Of a stretch of DNA of 64,000 nt, positions 39,521 to 52,746 are shown in pieces; positions within the stretch are counted from its first letter, which is position 1, and every line of letters begins with the position of its first letter. Below the pieces are notes generated by a model, which worked only from the letters and a program-made list of their open reading frames with translations, ran no database searches and had not been told where the DNA came from. The position numbers were made by a program, and so were the translations under genes. Source of the DNA: Selaginella moellendorffii (lineage: Eukaryota; Plantae; Lycopodiophyta); the NCBI RefSeq assembly GCF_000143415.4, contig NW_003314263.1:1546596-1610595 (forward strand). Reading direction: 5' to 3'.

Positions 39521-40372
39521 ATGGCGATGTGCTCCTTGAGCGTTGCTACTGCCGCGAATTTGACGCAGCAAGCGCCCCAGCAGCAGCAGCTCTGCCGATC
39601 GAATGCGCTGGTGTCGTGGAATGGAGGGGCAGGCGGGGGGAAGAATCCCGCGAATGCGGCGAATCGGTGCTCGCTGAGGTAAAACCCTATCGATTTCTTG
39701 CGAGATTCGTGACAGTAGCTGCGGCAGGCAGGGAAATATGACGTTTCGAGCTGCCATCGCTCAAGCTTCCACTCCATTGTCTGTAAGTCTGGTAGATCGT
39801 TTCAAAGTTTTCTCTTGCTGATGGTCATTCATAGCCAGCAGTGGTCTGGTAATGGAGAATTTGGAGAGGAGGAATACAACGAAGACGCGGATTCTTTCTC
39901 GTATCTCGTCAGCACTGTCCAGTGTATCTTACATTTCAAGTAAGTTCTTCGTTCTTTCTTTCTCCTCTTTCTCCTCTTACTCTTATCTTTCGCCGCGGTT
40001 TATCAGATATCGTGTCGGGCACACGCTCGATGAATATGACGCCAAGCTAATCCAAGAAGAAGTCTTACGGTTTCATCCAAGAGCGGCCGAGAAGATCGGT
40101 TGTGGCGTGGCAAGCATAATGGTATGAAAAATCCTCCTTTTTGTCTTTCTGAATGCTAGCCTGAGGACTCTTGGCAGGTAAACTATCACCCGGATTATAA
40201 TCGAAGCCGGTGCTTCATGATCAACAGACTAGACGAGTCCGTTTGTGACTTCTCGTACAGGAAGTGCATGCTGGAGCGAGCAAGGCTGAAAGGAATTCAC
40301 TTGGTAGCTGCGAGAAAGCTCTTGAATATGGATTATATAAACATTTCCGACCAACGCCGGAGTCCAGAGTGA
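39521..40372 (+). CDS. DCL (Defective Chloroplasts and Leaves)/DUF3223 family protein, probably plastid-targeted
   Basis: Spliced exons give YRVGHTLDEYD...FHPRAAEKIGCG...VNYHPDYNRSRCF...DFSYRKC, the DUF3223 signature. The N-terminus is Ala/Ser-rich and transit-peptide-like. Middle exon boundaries are uncertain. Confidence 0.8.
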
Positions 40373-40673
40373 GAGTTTGTTTGATACATACTGATCCGTG
40401 TTTGTATTTTTAACAACCATTGTATGTACTAAACACTTGGAAATTTTTTTTGGTCTATCGATGAGTTATTTCTGGGATCAGCGAGACAGGCTAGTAATTT
40501 ACGTTTTAACATCACTGACAGCTTCTGTGTCATGCATAGAAACTTGTCCTGGAGATGAAAAGTGAGACTTCGATCTGGAGGTAAATTGCCATGCTTATTC
40601 TATTCGAACAAAAATTCATTTACAAATTCATGGTAGGTGCTCTTCCTCCACCTTATTTGTTTTTGGACTTCGC

Positions 40674-42023
40674 TCAAGTTGGTGTGGTTGAATTCGGTGG
40701 GGCGTTGAAGCTGCTGCAGCTCTGCCTTATTTCCCCGTCGCTTCCAGTCTTGACGCTTATGTTGCTCATCTTGGTCATCGCCTGTACAAACGCCGCGAAG
40801 AAGTCGTCCTGGGAATCAGCCATCTCGTTCACCAGCGGCCTGGTGGTGTTATCGGTGAACAGCACTTGGTCCGCAAACAGGAGGCCTCTTCCAATCTGCA
40901 AGTTCTTGTAGTAAGAGTTGTCAAAGACGAAGGGGGAGCTGACATCGAACGGGGTGAATTTTCCAGGTCCAGTTTCGCCGGGTGGACAGCTCACTTTGAG
41001 CGATCCAATGTAAGACGCGTTCACGCTCGGGTCGCTGCTGCCGTTTACTCCATCAAAACTGTAAAGCCTGCTCCGGAACTGGTTGCAGTGAGAAAATCCA
41101 AGAGTATGCGCTCCTGCGAAGAAACAAAGTCACTGTCTGTCAAACGGATGGCTCGATCTATTCGAAGGATTTGCACCTGAGAGGATCACCATGTCGTCAG
41201 CGGTGAGGTTGACAGCAGCAAAGTTTTCTATTAGCTCGCTAACGTTGAAGTCTGCTCCAGGTAATCTGCCAGGAACTCTGGAAGCTTGGGATATCAGTCC
41301 ATCCCTTCGGCCTTTGGTGACTTCCCAGTGCGGGCCTCCAGCCTTGAACAGGACGGAGTTAGAGGAGTAAGAAAGCGGAGAATCACGATGCAGAAAATCA
41401 GCAGCGGTAAATCTGAGCCAGCAACTTACAGAGAATGGTCGGAATTCAGTAACAAATCAGCAAGTTTATGGCAACTACGACCAAGTCCACAGGCTATGGA
41501 ACAGGGAATCCTAAGAACAAAAGCAGGGAGTCATAGCAAGGTGGTGGGAGTTACCAGTACTACGGCGTCTCGCGCAGCCATGACGACTATGTCGGCACAG
41601 GAGACCACGCCCGGGCAGGCAGCCTCCACGGCTTTCTTGGCCTGAATTATGGTGTCGAAGGCTTGCTGCGGGATGTTGTTCTCGGTCGCGTCCCTCTCGG
41701 CGGTGTTGTTGGTGGTCGAAGTTATGAGAATTGATGCGTCACACCCCTGAGGAAGAAGAACCAAGGAAGAAGTAGAGTAAACGTCCAGAGTTTTCGAGAG
41801 CTCGGGGGACTCGACTCACCTCTACGAAGCAATCGTGAGCAAGCAGCCGGAGTGTTGACGGCGTGACTACGTTGGACTGATTGGCCATCGCGCTGACCGC
41901 GCTGTGAACGAGCTTGTCTACATCGGGGCAGGTCCTGTTGTAGAAATCCACCGAGAGCTGCGACGATCCGAGACCCGAAAGGGAGAGCAGGGAAAGGAAG
42001 AGGAGGAGGAGCGAGCAGCGCAT
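40674..42023 (-). CDS. Class III secreted peroxidase, 4 exons
   Basis: Signal peptide; RLLAHDCFVE/GCDASILI; VSCADIVVMAARDAV; GRRDG; DMVILSGAHTLGFSHC; FDNSYYKNL; GEIRQSC. The canonical three-intron layout is present. Confidence 0.95.
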
Positions 42024-43536
42024 GGTGGTGCCTCCTCTGGCTTCGTTCACACAGGAGAAACTAATTGCTGGAACCAAGTAAGCCGAGTCTCTCCACTGCT
42101 AGCATTTCTCTTTTCTCACAGCCTCTCTCTCTCTCTGTTCTTGCCAGAAACTGATCGATCGCTCGCTCGCTCGCTCGCTCGCTTGCTGCTGCAGTTTTCT
42201 TTCGCTCCCTTTCTTGCAACAGATGCAACAGCTGTGGGAGCAAAGCAGAAAAGTAAAAGAAGAAACGCAGGCCAGAGAAACCCACCGTGGGGGGCAGAGA
42301 TTTCCCAGCGAGTAAACAGATTTGGAAGAGAAATACACCAAAACAGCCTCAAAACTGGAGCTTCAGGGCACCTGCAGCAACAGCACCTTCATCGCTTGGT
42401 CACTTCACTACCTTTTCTGAGAAAGTGATGGCTAGCAGCAAGCTTTGGCTATGGCAGGCCTTATTGTTCTTATCAAAGTTCCTGAAGGAGAGAGTGCCTT
42501 GGAGCAGCCACTATCAGGATGCCACAACAAGCCAACAAAACATTGATTGCTTCACAAGAGGAAAACTCTCTCTGGTGATGGCAATTGATGTGAGATCACA
42601 AATGCAGTTAAGTCTGGCCTTTTTTTACATGTCTATCTCTCTCCTTTTCCACTCTTAAGATATTTTTCTTTCTAGCATAGGGGACACAAAGCCTTTGCCT
42701 TGCTTTGTCTAGCACCCTACAAAATAGCTGCCCTTTTTATAGTACACCAAGGCACACACCAAATTGAGGGTGGCAGGGTTGCATGGATTACAATTCATGT
42801 CCAGCTAACATGGGAAGCATATCCTATTTTTATGTTCCTTTTGCATTTTTTCCAAAATCTACCTTGTCATGCAGCACTGATCTGCATAAAAAGGAAGAGA
42901 ACACAAGTGCAAAAAGACACCAGGAAAAGGAAGAAGAAAGGAATCTCATTAAACTTTTTTTCTTCTCTTTTTAAAATGTTTTTAAAAGACGTGCATAGCT
43001 TTGACCTCCTTCACTGCCATGCACTGATTGATTGCCTTCCATGACCCAAAGACAAAATCCACCAACACCAAGCAATTAAAGCTTTGGCCAAAATAGAATT
43101 TATAAGAAGGGAAACTTCCTTTGTGTCTCACAGAAAGTGTCTCACTTGTTCTTGCTTGTTAACAAAAACAAGTAAAAAAGATCAAAGAAAGATTTCTCTC
43201 ACCTTTTGCTCCAGCATTCATTGACTTTGCAGCTGAATGAGAAACTCCCACCTGTGTCATGATCCAGCCAAGTGTTGTCCTGGCTCAGATATTCCCACTT
43301 CTTTGCCATTAATGTCTCTCAGTAGTCTTTCTTCCATCGGCTTCTTCTTTCCTTCCATCATCACGTCCACGCGGTCTGTTCAGTCTGTTGCCTGCAAGGG
43401 ATTCGGTAACGGATTCCCAGAAAGGAGAAAGAAATCCTGCCGCTTACAGGCCATGTAGATCGCTGCTCTGCTGAACTCGAACTGGCAGGAGCTGTGCACT
43501 GGATCCAGCAAAACTTTGGAAGCTGTAGCCACTCAA

Positions 43537-45197
43537 TCAGGGACTGCTCGTCTTCATCCTCCCCGGAGAGGCGGCAGAGATGACGTTCTTGATGACTGCA
43601 ACCGCTGGAGTATAGTCACTGCTGCTCCTGCCGCCGCCGGTTACACAAGAGCTCGTGTCTGGAGGAAACGGAAAATGCATACTTAACAGCAGTGGAGCTT
43701 GCCTTTCCTCCAGCAGCTCGGGAATCCTCTTCTTAAAACCTCTGCTTTTCAAGCTTCGAGCAACTTTGCGCCTGTAAAGACACGCACAAAACTGAGAATG
43801 ATCGAAACGAGAAAGGAGTGAATAGACATACCAGTATCGTATCGTTGCCATGTGAAACCACCACTGCGGGCCACCATTGTGAGTGCGAGCTAGAGTTTCC
43901 AAGTCGTCGAACTCGAGTGACCACGGGCAGTATCTAAGCCAGTAGTTTACAGCAGTTCGCTCAGCGTACTCCACCTCGTCGCACAGCTCGTACTTGGCAC
44001 CGCTTGGATCTTTTTGCCACCAAGCATCTTCGTGGTAATCTGTGCTGCATTAGAAATCCACCAAAACCCGCTTCAATTCTCACTCTTGCCTGCTAGATCA
44101 GTGTCAAATAATATCTATTTAACATCGACTAGCTAACGAAGGAGAGGAGATATTTTACCTGATTTGCAAGGGACCAATGCTTCGACCACCATCTCCAATC
44201 GGCGCAGGAACCATGGAACTCGATTCTACGTCTCGCATCGCGTCCAAGAGAAGCCTGTGCCTTTGACGGTACTCGTCCACATCTGCCATGCATCGGTGAG
44301 ATAAAGCTTTCCGGAAAGTGGCCACTTTCAAGGAAAAAAAACACGAGATTTTTCACTAAAGACCTTGGAAAGCAATGGATGGAAGTACGAAAGATAAGGT
44401 TATCAGAGACCAGGAAAAATGAAAAGGATGGATTCGCAAGAAAAAGAAAAATCATCGCCTGAAAAGATCGAGCATTTGCTAGATCTCATAAAAAGAAAAG
44501 GAAAATAAAGAGATATCAAACGCAATCCAATGGATGGAAGGCATGAAAGATAAGGCTATCAGAAAATCCAGAGAAAAGCCGACCCAGGAAAAAAAAGGAT
44601 AGATCCACAAGCGAAAGGAATTCATAGGACGAGCATTCTTAGATCTGGTGAAAAGAAAAAGGAGCAAGGAAAGCAATGAGTGCCAAAAGAATGCATGGAA
44701 ACTCCCTACCAGGAAGGAAAAGAAAAAACCATCATACCTCTGGGAGGAGGGAACACATCAAAAAAAGTAGCATTGGCACTTCCAAACGCTTTGGTTCTAG
44801 CCCTGACCTCGCGAAATACCTGGCGGCGCTGGATCCACTGGGATGGGCAGTGAGGAACGAAGAGAATGTCGCCAGGGAACAAGAGATCCAGCGTCGCCAG
44901 ATGCAAATTGAGCTCCTGGAGCTCCTCCACCAGAAGCCCTAGCCCCTGCGCGATCTCCCAGGCCGTGTCGCCGGCCTCGACAAGCAGCGGCTCCAGGCGC
45001 GCGCCGTGGCTCCACACGCGCCGCGGCAGCCAGGGGCGCGGAGGAACTCGCAGCGTGGCGCCGGCGAGAATGAGATCGCTATCGAGGCCATTGAAGGACT
45101 GGAGACGGCGCCAGTCGATCCCTAGCGATTCCCCGAGCTTCCACAGCGTGTCGCCCTCCTCCACGAGCAGCGCTGCCGATCCATTCGCCATTGCCAT
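43537..45197 (-). CDS. Two LysM domains fused to an i-type (invertebrate/destabilase-like) lysozyme domain
   Basis: Exons 45197-44738, 44282-44159, 44044-43832 and 43771-43537 splice in frame. LysM repeats VEEGDTLWKLG and VEAGDTAWEIA. Catalytic-domain motifs DVESS...GDGGRSIGPLQI..DY..DA and LARTHNGGP. Confidence 0.85.
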
Positions 45198-45699
45198 GAG
45201 ATCACGAGAAATTGGAATATCCCCGCGGTTTAAAATTTGGCATCTCGAGGAGCGCCTGAGAATATCCGGTGTGCTTTAAATACAGTAGTATATTCTGAGT
45301 TTTACGAAGCCTTGTTTAGCATTAAACTCTTATAGCTTTTTGAATTACAAAAGTTTTAATACTTTTAATGAGAAATTGTTATGAAGATATTTTATATTTC
45401 CTTTTATCCTTCTTACTTAAAAATAAATTTATTATTTAAACATGAATAAATAATTACTATTGTATAAACTATAAATAATAAAAATCAAGGTGAAAACATA
45501 TGTACATACATACATATACATACATACATACATACATGTATTATATATATAATCTATGGTTAATGCTAATGCTTTTTCTTAAGCATGTTTTTCGTTTTTG
45601 CTCTCTTGTCATGTTTTTTTACAAACTTTTTATTCTAGCATCTCTAGATTTTTTGGATGAGAATTCTATACTGTTAGTGGCTGTTATATTTGACATTCA

Positions 45700-47059
45700 A
45701 TATCCATAAAGTACAAAATAGAATTTAACTTCTCTTGAAAAGGTTTGTAAGGCTCAAAAGATTGAGTCATGTATTCGAAGGCTTTATAATGGGTTTAAGA
45801 ATCTTGTATCATTAGTTGATGACTTGTTATTTCAATATTTACATTCTCAATATCACCTTGATGACTGTCTTCTTTATTTTTTAGGGACAGATCCTGATAA
45901 TCATTTACAGCTGGTGGTGCCTTCAATTTTTATTCCACACTTTCTCCATATCTACCATGATTCTCCCATTTTAGATGGGTATATGGGACATTATCGTATG
46001 ATTGAAAAGTTGCATTAGTTTTTTTATTAACTAAAAATGTGATATAATATTATCCAATATGTGCATAATTGTGTTTAGTGCTAAACTCATAATATTCCCT
46101 TTTGTGCTGCAAAAGGACAATTGAAGTTAATTGTAATTTCCTATTTATTTAAGTTTGTGACATTTGATTTAATGGGACTTTTTCCATGATCGACTGTTAA
46201 TAATGAGTATGTCATTATTGCTTTTGATTACTTGGCTTATTGGGTGAAAGTCAGTGCTTTTACTAGTGTGTCTGTAACTACTGTTAAATACTTCTTTCTC
46301 AATTAAGTGGTGTTTCAACAATCCTATCCGGAGCAGATTCTTTTGGATAATAGTCTTGTATTTATGGTTAAAGCATTTCACATTTTGACATTTTGGTTGG
46401 GGATACATCACACTTTTATAAGTGCTTAGCATGTATAGTTAGACGATTTAGTCAATTGGCTTGTTTGAACCTTTAAAAGGATGATAATGAAGTGTGTAAA
46501 CTTTCAACATTCGGATTAAGATGGTTTATATAGTGAAGCATTAATAGAACTCTACACCCTTGTAATATATGCATACCAAAGTAATGGCAAATAACTCTTA
46601 TATGATCATGATTTAATATTACCAACTATCTTTGCAATTTTAGTGGGTTGCTAATGTTAGGTTGTGGGATTAATATTTGATAAACATTCTTCCACTTGTC
46701 CAAGCAAAGTCTGCCAAACACTTAGGCCGTATACAAGTGGGACAATAATAGCATTATAACTCCCATCATTGTCCACTTATGGAATACAAATGCATACAAC
46801 AACTGACATTTTTGTATAAAGGGATTAGGAATAATTAACACTACTTACAGATCCACTAATGCCTCTTTCTAATATTCCTCAAGATCCCAACCCATCCACA
46901 AGAGAACCCTAATGGTCTTCTATCATTTTAAGAGTAGGGGATGATGTGAGGTCCAAGTTATAGCTATAATATTGTATATTAATATTAGTATAATGAGATT
47001 TTGGTAACTATTGAATTAATTTTCAATCTAGCTCTTATATATAAATTAGGGTTTTTGGG
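45700..47059 (+). mobile_element. Degenerate gypsy integrase remnant with PPT and start of an LTR
   Basis: Decayed HHCC and D-LMGLFP...YVIIAFDY...W motifs. Purine tract agagtaggggatga at 46931-46944 is followed by TGTGAG. Confidence 0.55.
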
Positions 47060-47717
47060 TGTAAGGTCTTGAATTTGGACTTCCCAGTACTATTCAAACC
47101 CAAGGACGCTTAACCCCAAATATCCCAAGACCTTTAACCGATTGGAAAAGGGGGTGCACTCTTATTCATGGGCCCTTTCCCTCTATATTTGAACCCCTAT
47201 GTATCGTCTCTCAAGTCGTTCCCTTTGGTTGCTTACAATCCACCACGCTTCCCTGCAAGTTCACGCCCTCGTGAACGGAAGCTGAGAGCCTCGCTCTCTT
47301 GACACCCTACCCCTCGGGTCGAGCCCAACAGGAGCAAATTGGACCAGCCAAATGTCAATCAACATGTGGTGCGATTCCCTTAGCCAACTAATAGAGTCGG
47401 ACCCGAGACCGCTCCGATACCAAATGTAAAGTCCTGAATTTAGACTTCCCGGGAGGTCAACATGTGGTGCGATTCCCTTAGCCAACTAATAGAGTCGGAC
47501 CCGAGACCGCTCCGATACCAAATGTAAAGTCCTGAATTTAGACTTCCCGGGAGGTCACCCAGCCCAGTACTATTCAAACCCAAGGACGCTTAACCCCAAA
47601 TATCCCAAGATCTTTAACCGATTGGAAAAGGGGGTGCACTTTTATTCATGGGCCCTTTCCCTCTATATTTGAACCCCTATGAATCGTCTCTCAAGTTGTT
47701 CCCTTTGGTTGCTTACA
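47060..47717 (-). mobile_element. Complete Cassandra TRIM
   Basis: LTRs 47060-47237 (17-bp deletion) and 47523-47717 carry the 5S core. PBS TGGTATCGGAGC; PPT GGAAGCGTGGTGGAT; TSD TTGGG at 47055-47059 and 47718-47722; internal 98-bp duplication. Confidence 0.95.
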
Positions 47718-48451
47718 TTGGGCTAATTATTATACATATTTCTTGGATTTTTTTTCCATTCACAAAACTATATTATTATTCATAACAAAAACATTACATA
47801 TATAAAGTTAAGTAGAAATTTAAACTAAATAGTTTAATAATAATTATAAATCACTTAGTTATTTAAATTTTATTACCTTGCCCTTATTTTATTACGTATT
47901 TGTATGATTTAAGGAAGTAGACAGATCATTTAATATAGTGTTTGATTTAAGTTTATGATTATATAATTAAAAATCAAAATATTTTTTAAAATAAATAATA
48001 TAAATTTATTATTACATATTTAATCATTATAGCATAAATGTAAGTTTTATTTCTATGTTTAATTGTATGGTTTCTTATTAGATATAGCTAAGAAAGTTGG
48101 GAACTTCTTCTTAATAATATTTACTCAAAAACTCTTTAATATATTAACAATGTAATAGCTACAAACAAGCTTTTTGATTAATTTAATATAATTAATTACT
48201 ACTTATTTAAATTCTGTCTTTAAGTTAAATTCTCTATATCTTTTACTAGGAACAAAAAATTTGAATTGGATTTGTTCTGTTTTATATATTGAAAACAAAA
48301 CAAGAATGGTATTCGCTACTTCAATTAATTCTTTATAAGAAACTAACCAGTTGGGAGTCTTAATATGTCATTAGCCCCTAATCTCTTTTGAGGATGGCCA
48401 AGAAAAGAAGAAAGCAAGAGAAGAAACTAATTGGAGAAACGAAAAGAGAGA

Positions 48452-49312
48452 CTAGTAGTCATCGTCGGATTTGTACCTCCCATACTTGTCCCTGTTAAGC
48501 ATATTCTCCACGAACCCGGGAGGATAATCATCCTTGTTCCTCTCCGCCTCCTCCAGCGCCAGCTTCTTGGCAAACTTCATCACCGCACGGCTGTCCACCA
48601 CAATCCACGTCTCCTTTGGATCCAGCTCGCACAAGTTCCTCTTGATGTCGCTGGGAGCCTCCGGGATCATCACTCCATACGCGCTACACTTGTCCAAAAA
48701 CCTCTCGAAATCCTTCTGGCTGTCCAGCTTGAATTGCATCGCTCGCCCCAGCGCGATGAACTTCATCACCTTTCCAATGTTGTCATAGTGTGGCGGCGGC
48801 TCCTTGGGCTTCTCCTCCACCGCAGCGGCGGCGTAGGGGGATTGATCGTAGCTTTGCTGCTGCTGCGATGGATCATACTGGGACTGATCGTATTGCTGGT
48901 ACTGCTGGGATTGATCGTAGCCTTCGTAGTACTGCTCCTCGTCATACTCCTGGTCGTAGCTCCCTCCATCCATCTCGTACTGGGCTTGGCCTCCATCCAT
49001 CTCGTACTGAGCTTGATCTCCTTGCGGGATTTCTGGATTCGCTACTGCAGGAGGAGCCTCCTCTTCTACCACTGGAGAAAACTCGGCTTCGATTACCTCG
49101 CCGGTGCCATAGCTGCTGCTCCTGGGGCAATGCCGAGCGAGCAATGCTGCCCTCATTCCTCCCAAAGCTCCTCCTCCTCCCATTCTTAGCAGCAGCGGCC
49201 TGGAGCAAGAGAGATTCAACACACCTTTCACGAAATGAGGCATTGTAATCGCCGCGGAGCGCGTGGGAGTAGTAGCAGCAGCAGCAGGGATCATCGCCAG
49301 CGCCATCGCCAT
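48452..49312 (-). CDS. Unknown protein, probably organelle-targeted, with Q/Y/D-rich linker
   Basis: Intronless, GC-rich ORF of ~286 aa from the ATG at 49312. Transit-like N-terminus, YDQ-type repeats and a charged C-terminal domain. Upstream telo-box. Confidence 0.7.
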   Translation of the reverse strand: MAMALAMIPAAAATTPTRSAAITMPHFVKGVLNLSCSRPLLLRMGGGGALGGMRAALLARHCPRSSSYGTGEVIEAEFSPVVEEEAPPAVANPEIPQGDQAQYEMDGGQAQYEMDGGSYDQEYDEEQYYEGYDQSQQYQQYDQSQYDPSQQQQSYDQSPYAAAAVEEKPKEPPPHYDNIGKVMKFIALGRAMQFKLDSQKDFERFLDKCSAYGVMIPEAPSDIKRNLCELDPKETWIVVDSRAVMKFAKKLALEEAERNKDDYPPGFVENMLNRDKYGRYKSDDDY

Positions 49313-49755
49313 CGCCAATTCCAGATAAACCCTAAAACCCGGAAACAAAATATCTGGCTGCTCAAGAGATTCGAACTCGAAAGCTGTTAAACCTTTGGTC
49401 TAGAACTAATGATTGCTCATTTGGGTATTTGTTAAAACCACAACCTGGTGCCGCCAACTTTGTTTTCGTCTAACATTTGATATGTGAGTCTGTGATTCAT
49501 TAAACACATTCGCCGTTACGCCTGCGTTCTTATCTTGATCTCGTTGGTTGCCGCCTCCAAAAACCGAGACGGTGGTGGAAATAGGTTGACCGTATCGTAT
49601 TCGTCCACTCCCAGTACAAATACATGCCATTGGAACAGGATCGATTGTAGAGCTTCTTCTCCGTCTCTTTTGCTTGTCGAGAGTACTCTAGCTAGAGCGA
49701 AGTGTATATGTAGTCAGTATAGATAGCGTATTTCCAGCAATCCATCTCTCGATCT

Positions 49756-50367
49756 ATGATGTCTCGCTTCATCGTCTTTGGTTTGGTGCTACTGTTTGCA
49801 GCCACTGCTATGGCTACTCGACCTCTCAAGGGCTCCACAGGCAAGTCTTAAGGCCATTTTTGTATGATCCTTTTTTATGGCGTTTCTATCTCGTTTTCCC
49901 TCTTTTTTTTTCGATCCATCATGGTTGCTTCGTTTCGTTCTATACTTTTTGTTGTTGGCTCGGCTAAATAATGTCGAGAAGTCTTTTGTTTTGAGTTTAC
50001 TCTTGAAACTCCCAATTTTCTTTGCCTCTGGCTAAGTCCTCGTCTTGTTTCAGCAGTGCCAAGTGCCAAGAGTGAAGTCAATGGCATGACGAGTGCTGGA
50101 TCCGTTGCTGAATCCGACGCTGCTGCGGGCAATGATGCAGAAACTGCTGTAAGATTTATCCCTTTAAATCTGGTGATCACGATTTTTAAACGCTCTTTTT
50201 CACTACAGGAGGCGTATGATCAAAAGGAAGAATCGCAGTGTGATGATGAGCAGCAAGAGCAGCCTAATGTCGACTACATTTACGATGGATATGATCGGAG
50301 GAAGTCACAGCACTGCCACCGCCGCCACCCGTCAGGACCAGATCTCTTCGAAGCGGCAGCGCCGTGA
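49756..50367 (+). CDS. Small secreted peptide precursor, phytosulfokine-like
   Basis: Exons 49756-49840 (GC donor), ~50054-50148 and 50209-50367. Signal peptide ends in ATRP, followed by an acidic pro-region with Cys and then VDYIYDG. Confidence 0.65.
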
Positions 50368-51149
50368 AAAAGCTTCCTAGCACATTTCCTTGTTTATAGT
50401 GTTGTAACTCTCTTGTAATGAATCTGTGAAAAGATCTTTCCTTTTGTATCTTTCTGATCTGATTTTTTGGAAAACTTTATAATTGGCTACTCGTAGAGAG
50501 CTCGCCACTCTCTGATCTCCCGGATCCTGTGTGCATGCATAAAGGGTTTAAGCCGTCATTGATGACTGCGTTTAAAGCCCAAGGATCTCGTCAGGATTTT
50601 CCATAATTTTATTAAAAATCTCAAGATGTTGATAATGTATAACCTGTTATGAAATCCATAAGATTCTTGAAGAATGGCGAACTCTGCTCGAGAGTATTTG
50701 CTCTTGCATCGCTCTAACTGATCCGATCCTCTCTACCAATTTTCTTCCGGAGGGATTCTTTCCTCTATAACCAGCTCACCCAGAACTTTGGGAGAGTCGG
50801 CTGACTTTCAAAAAATCCAAAATTTCGTGAGTATCCATTGACAGATGTTCACAATTGGCCTTATTCAAGAAGGTGGTTTAGGGTTTAGCGTAACCCACTT
50901 CTCATCGGTATCGGTTTGTGGCATAGCCATTAAAACACCATAAACAGCTAGATAATTTGCAATATATAAAGCAAAAAAAACGTTAAAGATACGTATTTTT
51001 AGTGAAATTTTAATTATATTTTTTTGGTTTTTAATTAATTTGGGTTGTGAGTGCTTGGGGTTTGAACCCTTACTTATATACGAAAATGGTGGACTGGATG
51101 GACGGTGTATATGCTTTAATATTATAATTAGTGTATTACCTAATATATA

Positions 51150-52130
<981 letters not shown>

Positions 52131-52155
52131 TTACAAACTTTATAGGGTATCATTT

Positions 52156-52746
52156 TTGGTTTGCTTAAACAAACTTTGTAGAGTAGTGGATACACCTAAA
52201 ATATGTTTGAATATTCTAGAATATTTTTTTATCTAACAGTTGTTATTCATTAAGATTGATCTTGTATTTATAATTTATAAACATCTTATACTTTATAAAC
52301 TTTCTTAAACCCTTTCTAGTATATTATTTTTTATTCTATCATCTAATGGATAAGATTAATCTTGTGTTTATAAATTATAAATATGCTTATATTAAAAATT
52401 TTATTTGATCAATTGGATTAATAAGTAAGAATAACACTACTATTAAGCAAACCAAGCATTTCTACTTGCAATGCATAGCAATTTATTTAAAAATACAAAG
52501 AATGAGTGAATATATTTAAAATATACTTGGATATTCTAATATATTTTACCATCTAACAGCTGTTATTCATTTAGATTAATCTGGTATTTATAAATTTTTA
52601 AATTTTTCTAAACACTTCCTAGTATATTCTTGTTTATTCTACCAGATATACAATATTTAAAATTTATAAATATATTTATGGTTATTGATCAGCTGAATTA
52701 TTCAATAATACTAAACATGAATCACACTACTATTAAGCAAACCAAG
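52156..52746. repeat. MITE-like repeat copy plus a tandem partial copy
   Basis: Inverted homolog of 36165-36460. A second ending, tattaagcaaaccaag, lies at ~52731-52746. Confidence 0.5.

Noticed and set aside
48431-49248. Plus-strand ORFs of 252 aa and 152 aa
   Set aside because: Antisense shadows of the GC-rich minus-strand CDS.
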